The notes beneath the pieces were generated by a model. That model had not been told where the DNA came from and did no database searches. It saw only the letters and a list, made by a program, of their open reading frames with translations. Source: a virus (lineage: Duplodnaviria > Caudoviricetes). Taken from it: a stretch of 64,000 nt of DNA. Location: positions 64,001 to 128,000 of the IMG/VR virus record IMGVR_UViG_3300033463_000025, one strand, 5' to 3'. The position numbers and the translations under genes are program-made. Shown here in pieces: positions 58,278-64,000 of this stretch. How positions within the stretch are numbered: the stretch's first letter is position 1; the number at the start of each line of letters is the position of its first letter.

Positions 58278-59121
58278 GAAATCTTTTGCTGAAGAATGTA
58301 TTGAAAATAAGACGCTGGGCGAAAAACCATACTACACGCTCGGTGTGTTAGCAAAGTATTATTATAAATATCACAACTTACGCAAGGTTAAGATTATTAA
58401 GACGCTCACAGCTTTTATAGAGAATTACTATCCCCCATATCACTATTCAAAAGCTATGTGGGATGAATCCATTGAACGAATTGCAAAACACGCTGGCAAA
58501 TATCCCCTCTATGAGATTGATGGCGTATGGGTAACAGACAAAGAACTTGCAAAGATAGATGAGCTTCCTAATAAGGTGTTGCGTAGATTAGCCTTTACCC
58601 TACTTTGTCTTGCAAAGCTCAATCATATTCGTACATATAGTAATCACGGTTGGGTCAATCAAGATGCAAAAATCATTTTTGAGTTGGCGCGAATTGACTG
58701 CCCAAAGATTGAACGCTATCGAAAGCTGGGAGAGCTTCGTCAGCTCGGTTATCTTGAATTACCAAAGGCAAATGATAACTTGAGCGTGAGAGTGACCTAC
58801 ATGGACGAAGATGCAAAAGACGGTTTATTTATTTCAGACTTTCGTGAACTCGGCTATGAGTATATGAAACTAAAAGGCGTTAATCTTATTCGATGCGCTG
58901 AATGTGGTGTGCTTACTCGTGGCAATAAGAACGGCACAAGAAAGTATTGTAAGAATTGTGCAACATATAAACCAAAGGATTATAAGACCGTTACTTGTAT
59001 TGACTGCGGAAAAACCTTTAATGTATTAGGCAATAATCGGCGTACAAAGAGATGTTCAGACTGTCAAAACAGTGCAAACAAAGAGAAAAAGCGTGTATGG
59101 AAACAGCAGAATAATTCTTGA
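58258..59121 (+). CDS. hypothetical DNA-binding protein with C-terminal zinc fingers
   Basis: Four CxxC pairs; coupled to the RNAP gene. Confidence 0.75.
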   Translation: MRIILNEKSFAEECIENKTLGEKPYYTLGVLAKYYYKYHNLRKVKIIKTLTAFIENYYPPYHYSKAMWDESIERIAKHAGKYPLYEIDGVWVTDKELAKIDELPNKVLRRLAFTLLCLAKLNHIRTYSNHGWVNQDAKIIFELARIDCPKIERYRKLGELRQLGYLELPKANDNLSVRVTYMDEDAKDGLFISDFRELGYEYMKLKGVNLIRCAECGVLTRGNKNGTRKYCKNCATYKPKDYKTVTCIDCGKTFNVLGNNRRTKRCSDCQNSANKEKKRVWKQQNNS

Positions 59122-59403
59122 GTAGAAATTTATATTTTGAGATGGCTATTTTTATTTGTGCATTTTGCATAACGATTGTTCCCATATTTAGGGCATTTTC
59201 AACAACGTTATACTATATGTAGAAAAAATACCCCCTTTCTAATATGAAGGGAATAATAATAAATAAAATCCCTTGTTGTTCTCATTTCTTTATTCTTTCT
59301 CTTTTTTTTTCTTTGTGAAGGGTAGCTGGTGTGGCAATAGTTGCATCAGCTACGACACTAATTATAAATTGAATTGTATCATCACAGTGATACGATTATA
59401 TAT

Positions 59404-59479
59404 CGCGGGATGGAGCAGAGGTAGCTCGTCAGGTTCATGTCCTGAAGGTCGTGTGGTTCAAGTCCCACTCCCGCCTCCA
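59404..59479 (+). tRNA. tRNA-Met(CAT), initiator-like
   Basis: CGCGGGA...TCCCGCC with 1:72 mismatch, GGAGCAG D-arm, TCAGG-TTCATGT-CCTGA, encoded CCA. Confidence 0.85.
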
Positions 59480-59747
59480 ATAATACAATACCCTTTGCGG
59501 GTCATATAAATCTCGCCATTATTGGCGATAAACTAAGTCAAATATAAAAATTAATTAAGGATGTGTTCATTATCAAACAGATTACTAAGGAAGAAATGAA
59601 GAAGTTAATTGAGAACGGTTACATTTACAATACAGCAAGAGGCTTTAAAGACAGCCGTGGTAGAGAAGTTGGTTTTCGTAATACTCGCAATAAGAAATTC
59701 ATTGATGATAAGTTTGCGAATATTGCAAAACAATTATGAGGTGTTAA

Positions 59748-60359
59748 ATGATTTTTGATGATTATTCTGTTGCATATAGTCTCACGTTAAGTGATAAGTA
59801 TGAGATTGAGGACGTTGAAAACCGTAGACTTCGTTTGAACGATACAGTTGACGATGGGGTATTAGATACTATTGCCTATCTCATTCTTAGATATAATCGC
59901 TTAGACGAGAATATTGAGCCGCAGGAACGCCAGCCGATTATTCTTTATATCAATTCCGATGGTGGTGAAACATCAGCGGGATTCGGTTTGATTGATATTA
60001 TTCTCAACAGTAAAACTCCTATATATACTGTTAATCTTGCTAAAAGCCATTCTATGGCTTGCTTAATCTTCTTAGCTGGTGATAAGCGATATGCTCTTAG
60101 TCATTCTACGTTCTTACTTCACGATGGTAGTGCTGGGCTTTTTAGCTCGGTTGGTAAGATGCAGAATTTTATGGACTTTATCAAAAACCATCTTGAGAAA
60201 GAAACGAAAGATTTTGTACTGTTAAGAAGTAAGATTAGTGATGAAGAATACGATAAGAAATATTATAACGATTGGTGGTTTTCAGCCCAAGAGGGAAAAG
60301 ATATTGGTGTAGTTGATTATATCATAGGCGAAGATTGTCCTATGTCCGATGTTGTGTAA
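59748..60359 (+). CDS. ClpP-like peptidase
   Basis: ILYINSDGG, SHSMA (Ser), LLHDG (His), DWWFSAQE. Confidence 0.85.
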   Translation: MIFDDYSVAYSLTLSDKYEIEDVENRRLRLNDTVDDGVLDTIAYLILRYNRLDENIEPQERQPIILYINSDGGETSAGFGLIDIILNSKTPIYTVNLAKSHSMACLIFLAGDKRYALSHSTFLLHDGSAGLFSSVGKMQNFMDFIKNHLEKETKDFVLLRSKISDEEYDKKYYNDWWFSAQEGKDIGVVDYIIGEDCPMSDVV

Positions 60360-60393
60360 GCCTCCATATTGTGAAATTAGGGAGGAAGAATTT

Positions 60394-61626
60394 GTGATTG
60401 ATGCGAATGATTATTTATTTACACAGCTAAAAGACGGAGAGACAGAGCTTGAATACTTATGGCGATTAGGACAAGCTAAAGATAATGGATTAATCAATAT
60501 TGATTGGAACGATGTCGCTGACCTTATCAATAAGGCTTTTCGGAGCGACGAGAGCGAATACCGCACAGAGGCTTCCTATCGCAAACCTTATCAGCAGGCG
60601 AATCGTTTTTATCTTGCTGGAATATTTAACAAGTTTTCTGAAGAAGAATACTTGAAGTGGCTTGAGGACGCTAAATACGAGATACGCAAAGAAAAGTATC
60701 AAATGCACGATGAACGTGTAGCTCGGAATCGTATTGAGCGTGAAGAAGCTCGGCGTATATCAATGGTTGACATTGTGAAAAGTGCCATTGATACATACAA
60801 GCCTATTAACTTTGACTATACGCCAAATCACGTTAAGGACAGTGATAAAGATTTAATCATTCACTTAACAGATATTCATTATGGCGTTGATATAGATACA
60901 CCACTTAACAAATGTAATTCAGATATAATTGCTGATAGATTAAAACTATTCCTTGATGAAATTGCTGATGCTGTGGAGCTGTATAAGCCACAGAAAGCAT
61001 ATCTCATTATTGGCGGCGACCTTATTCAAGGATTGATACACCTTAATGCGCGATTAGAAGCTAAGGAACATATTGTAGACCAAATAATTCACGTTTCGGA
61101 TTTAGTAAGCAACTTTATATTTGAATTAAGCAAGATGTTTCAATCTGTCGAGGTTCATTCTACCGCTGGCAATCATTCACGAGTAACAGAAAGCAAGGAA
61201 CATACTTCGCATGGCGAAAACTTTGATATGCTTGTGCCGTACACTTGCAAGAAAGATTTGAAAAATGTCGAGAATGTTCATTTTGTAGATAACTACCTTG
61301 ACTACGATATTGCAAACTTCACTGTGCGCGGTTGGAACGTTTATGCAACTCACGGCGACAAAGACACACAAAAGTCTGTAGTTTACAATATGACAAAGTT
61401 TGCTCGTAAGGCAAGACTGCCATTACCTGATATGTGCTATCTTGGACACAGACATAAAAACGGATATGACACAGTAGATGACGTTAAGGTTATCGAATCG
61501 GGTTGTGTTGACGGCATGGATAACTATGCGATTTCAAAACGATTAGTTGGTATGCCAGAACAGACGATAACTGTTGTGACAGAACAAAACAGAATAAAAG
61601 CACTTATTGATGTGCAACTATATTAA
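60394..61626 (+). CDS. metallophosphoesterase-fold nuclease
   Basis: TDIHYG, GGDLI, AGNHSR, THGD, LGHRH; GTG start with GGAGG RBS. Confidence 0.85.
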   Translation: MIDANDYLFTQLKDGETELEYLWRLGQAKDNGLINIDWNDVADLINKAFRSDESEYRTEASYRKPYQQANRFYLAGIFNKFSEEEYLKWLEDAKYEIRKEKYQMHDERVARNRIEREEARRISMVDIVKSAIDTYKPINFDYTPNHVKDSDKDLIIHLTDIHYGVDIDTPLNKCNSDIIADRLKLFLDEIADAVELYKPQKAYLIIGGDLIQGLIHLNARLEAKEHIVDQIIHVSDLVSNFIFELSKMFQSVEVHSTAGNHSRVTESKEHTSHGENFDMLVPYTCKKDLKNVENVHFVDNYLDYDIANFTVRGWNVYATHGDKDTQKSVVYNMTKFARKARLPLPDMCYLGHRHKNGYDTVDDVKVIESGCVDGMDNYAISKRLVGMPEQTITVVTEQNRIKALIDVQLY

Positions 61627-61631
61627 GTAAC

Positions 61632-61678
61632 AGACCCCAGCAAGCCTCTTGACAATGCTCAAACTGCTGGGGTTTTTT
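61632..61678 (+). terminator. intrinsic terminator
   Basis: ACCCCAGCA...TGCTGGGGT followed by a T-tract. Confidence 0.7.
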
Positions 61679-61715
61679 ATATTTATTATGAAAGAATAAA
61701 GGGGATAAGTTCAAT

Positions 61716-62003
61716 ATGACAAAGAAAGAAATGATTGACCGTATTGCCATTTCGACCTTCTTACCAAAAGACGATTGTGAAAGGGTAATTGACGGTTTTA
61801 TAGATGAGGTTATTAATTCTTTACTTAATGATGACAAAATCGTGATTAAGGGATTTATGACTATGGAGACAGGACGACTTGCCGAAAGAAAGATTTACAA
61901 TCCAAACAAAGGCAAGCTGACTATTGCACCAGCCAAAAAGACGGTGCATTGTAAGATGAGCAAAAGTATAATTGATATTTTGAATAAAGAGGATGAGGAT
62001 TAA
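61716..62003 (+). CDS. HU-family DNA-binding protein
   Basis: MTKKEMIDRIA...IVIKGF...ERKIYNP. Confidence 0.85.
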   Translation: MTKKEMIDRIAISTFLPKDDCERVIDGFIDEVINSLLNDDKIVIKGFMTMETGRLAERKIYNPNKGKLTIAPAKKTVHCKMSKSIIDILNKEDED

Positions 62004-62005
62004 GA

Positions 62006-62512
62006 ATGACTGTATTACAAATACGCCAGATTGAAACACTGGCTGAATATATGATTGCGGGAGCGCGAAATGGTAAGTATATCGTTTCCGTGCTTTTCTA
62101 TTATGAAGCGATAGATTTAATGCGAGAGCTTATGCGATACAAGGAGATTGTTCCTGTATCATTTGAAATCACTGAGCCTGAATGTAAAGGCTATGACGGT
62201 GAATATTATGTGTCGCTTTATGGTTATGATAACGAATATGATGATAGCATTTATCTCAGTGTTGAGCCAGTGTTTTACAAAGGCAAAATGCTCAAGGCAG
62301 AAGCGGAAGTGACTTTAATTGACGGCGATGCTCGTAGTTCAATTCTTAAAGACGTTCCCGATGATTCTTGCCTGCAATTAGATTTTGACGCATATAAGGA
62401 AGAGTGTGAAAACATAACAAGCAAGAGTGACGCAAAAGACCCATACGGAGCTTGTATAATGCTATTCAAGTGTAATGACAATGATATACAAAGTATTAAA
62501 GAATTATTTTAA
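62006..62512 (+). CDS. acidic hypothetical protein
   Basis: 168-aa ORF, GAGG RBS. Confidence 0.75.
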   Translation: MTVLQIRQIETLAEYMIAGARNGKYIVSVLFYYEAIDLMRELMRYKEIVPVSFEITEPECKGYDGEYYVSLYGYDNEYDDSIYLSVEPVFYKGKMLKAEAEVTLIDGDARSSILKDVPDDSCLQLDFDAYKEECENITSKSDAKDPYGACIMLFKCNDNDIQSIKELF

Positions 62513-62579
62513 TTAGTTGAAAATGAATTTAGGCTTTTGCCTTTCGGTTTTAGTTGAGAATTAAAGGGAGGTGCTTAGT

Positions 62580-63545
62580 ATGGCAAAAAAGAAAAATAAT
62601 TCTACTCAAGATGAAAATGAAGTAAGTTGTTCGTGTTATCATTGTGGAATAGAATTGGAACAAGATAGATTCCATACATCAAACAGCACTTTCTTTGAGG
62701 GCTTGGGTTATCTGCCAGTTTGTAAAGATTGTTTACAGAGAATCTTTAGCCATTACATTATAAAATACGGTGATACAAAGCGAGCCATACAGCGTGTCTG
62801 CATGGCTTTTGATTTATATTATGACGAGCGAATTTTCAAAAGCACTGATACTGGACAGCCCGATATGCTGGGGGCGTACATTAAACAATGTAATATGGTT
62901 CAGTATAGAGGAAAGACTTTTGATACATCGTTGGAAAAAGGATTTTTATTTGCCGATGAAAAGACAGCCGAGGCAGTCGAAACAGCTATTGAAGAGTCGC
63001 CAATTATTGACGAGCCTGATAATGATATTGGTATTGATAGTAAGGACGATAGCGGCGGTAAGGTTAAACAGGTTGACATCAAACGATGGGGCGACGATTT
63101 TGACCCCATAGATTATACTACGTTAAATAGTCAGTACAAGCTATTGAAACAAGCAAATCCAAAATGTGATAGCAACCAAGAGAACGGTATTATTGATTTA
63201 TGCTACATTCAAATGTTAAAGATGAAAGCATTACGAGAAGGCAACATTAGCGACTTTAATAAATTATCGGAAAACTACCGTAAAACATTTTCTCAGCTCG
63301 GTTTGAAAGTTGGCGAAGAGGAAGAAAAGAACGAAAACGACACTTGGGGAACTCTTGTACAACAAGTCGAGCAATATGTTCCCGCTGAAATTTATGTCAA
63401 TCAAAAGCTGTATAAGGACATTGATGATTTAGATTATTATGGAAGATTTGTAGGTCGTCCACGAGATAATATTCTTCAGAAAACTACGGAGCGTGACCCA
63501 GAATATTACGTCCACGAGGAAGACGGTGATATTGATGTTGACTGA
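62580..63545 (+). CDS. zinc-finger protein preceding terminase (possible small subunit)
   Basis: CYHC...PVCKDC; overlaps the terminase start. Confidence 0.6.
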   Translation: MAKKKNNSTQDENEVSCSCYHCGIELEQDRFHTSNSTFFEGLGYLPVCKDCLQRIFSHYIIKYGDTKRAIQRVCMAFDLYYDERIFKSTDTGQPDMLGAYIKQCNMVQYRGKTFDTSLEKGFLFADEKTAEAVETAIEESPIIDEPDNDIGIDSKDDSGGKVKQVDIKRWGDDFDPIDYTTLNSQYKLLKQANPKCDSNQENGIIDLCYIQMLKMKALREGNISDFNKLSENYRKTFSQLGLKVGEEEEKNENDTWGTLVQQVEQYVPAEIYVNQKLYKDIDDLDYYGRFVGRPRDNILQKTTERDPEYYVHEEDGDIDVD

Positions 63546-64000
63546 TATTGATTTAGCTCAACGTAAAGAATATAAGCCGTCCGAATTATTTGATGAATTT
63601 CAGTTAGATGCTTATAAGCAAATGGCATCGACAAGCTATCTGAGCGATAAACAATTCTTTCTTAACTTTATTGAATGGAATACTTTTTTTCGTAGAAACT
63701 TCCATAGGTATGCTATGGACGGATTAAAGATACCGTTATACCCTTATCAATCGCTAACAATGTATGAATTGGGTATAAACAACAGTAATGTTATTGTCGC
63801 CGCCCGTGGTGATGCTAAGTCACTGTTGATTGCTTTGTACGGCTGTGAGCGAAGCATACTTTATCCAGGTAGTAAGACTTTGCTAACGTCCGCAACAAAA
63901 GGTCAGAGTGAACTTATTGTAACCGAAAAGATAGAAAGCGAACTTATGGCATGGTCTCCGATGTTAGCGCGAGAGATTGAAAGCATAAAGAGCAACCAAA
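63535..64000 (+). CDS. terminase large subunit (5' part; runs off window)
   Basis: Manual translation: ...IPLYPYQ...VAARGDAKS (Walker A)...LYPGSK...SATKGQS. Confidence 0.85.
   Translation, partial: MLTDIDLAQRKEYKPSELFDEFQLDAYKQMASTSYLSDKQFFLNFIEWNTFFRRNFHRYAMDGLKIPLYPYQSLTMYELGINNSNVIVAARGDAKSLLIALYGCERSILYPGSKTLLTSATKGQSELIVTEKIESELMAWSPMLAREIESIKSNQ

Noticed and set aside
1-64000. Alternative genetic code (stop-codon reassignment)
   Set aside because: Long genes are intact in the standard code, TAG/TGA/TAA all serve as stops at gene junctions, and no suppressor tRNA was seen.

Overview
A ~64-kb segment of a large, AT-rich Firmicutes (probably Clostridia) phage of the SPbeta-like type, inferred from a YonO-like single-subunit RNA polymerase followed by ClpP-like, phosphoesterase, HU and terminase genes at the right end. 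The left 29 kb is almost all on the minus strand. It carries a CCA-adding enzyme, four DNA methyltransferases with a MetK-like SAM synthetase (three MTases carry a G8 tract), SSB and four tRNAs. It also holds a complete diversity-generating retroelement (DGR), six tandem 'MKIRTDFVTNSSSSSF' proteins next to a radical SAM/SPASM enzyme, and a module of tyrosine recombinase, MazF-like toxin and MrpR-like protein. From 29.2 to 55.0 kb, bracketed by a long inverted repeat, is an array of about 17 stand-alone expression cassettes. Each has a consensus sigma-A promoter, nearly all have a fixed-distance upstream box, and most share a 5'-UTR motif (UGUCAAAAGACA...AAGGAG). The most striking observations are: (1) a ~100-nt sRNA gene whose core is complementary to that shared leader and RBS, a candidate master antisense switch for the whole array; (2) poly-G phase-variable methylases, one with two alternative N-termini in different frames; (3) a DGR with one adjacent target and one 30 kb away; (4) the radical SAM plus NSSSSS-leader family. 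All calls come from reading the sequence; no searches or folding programs were run.
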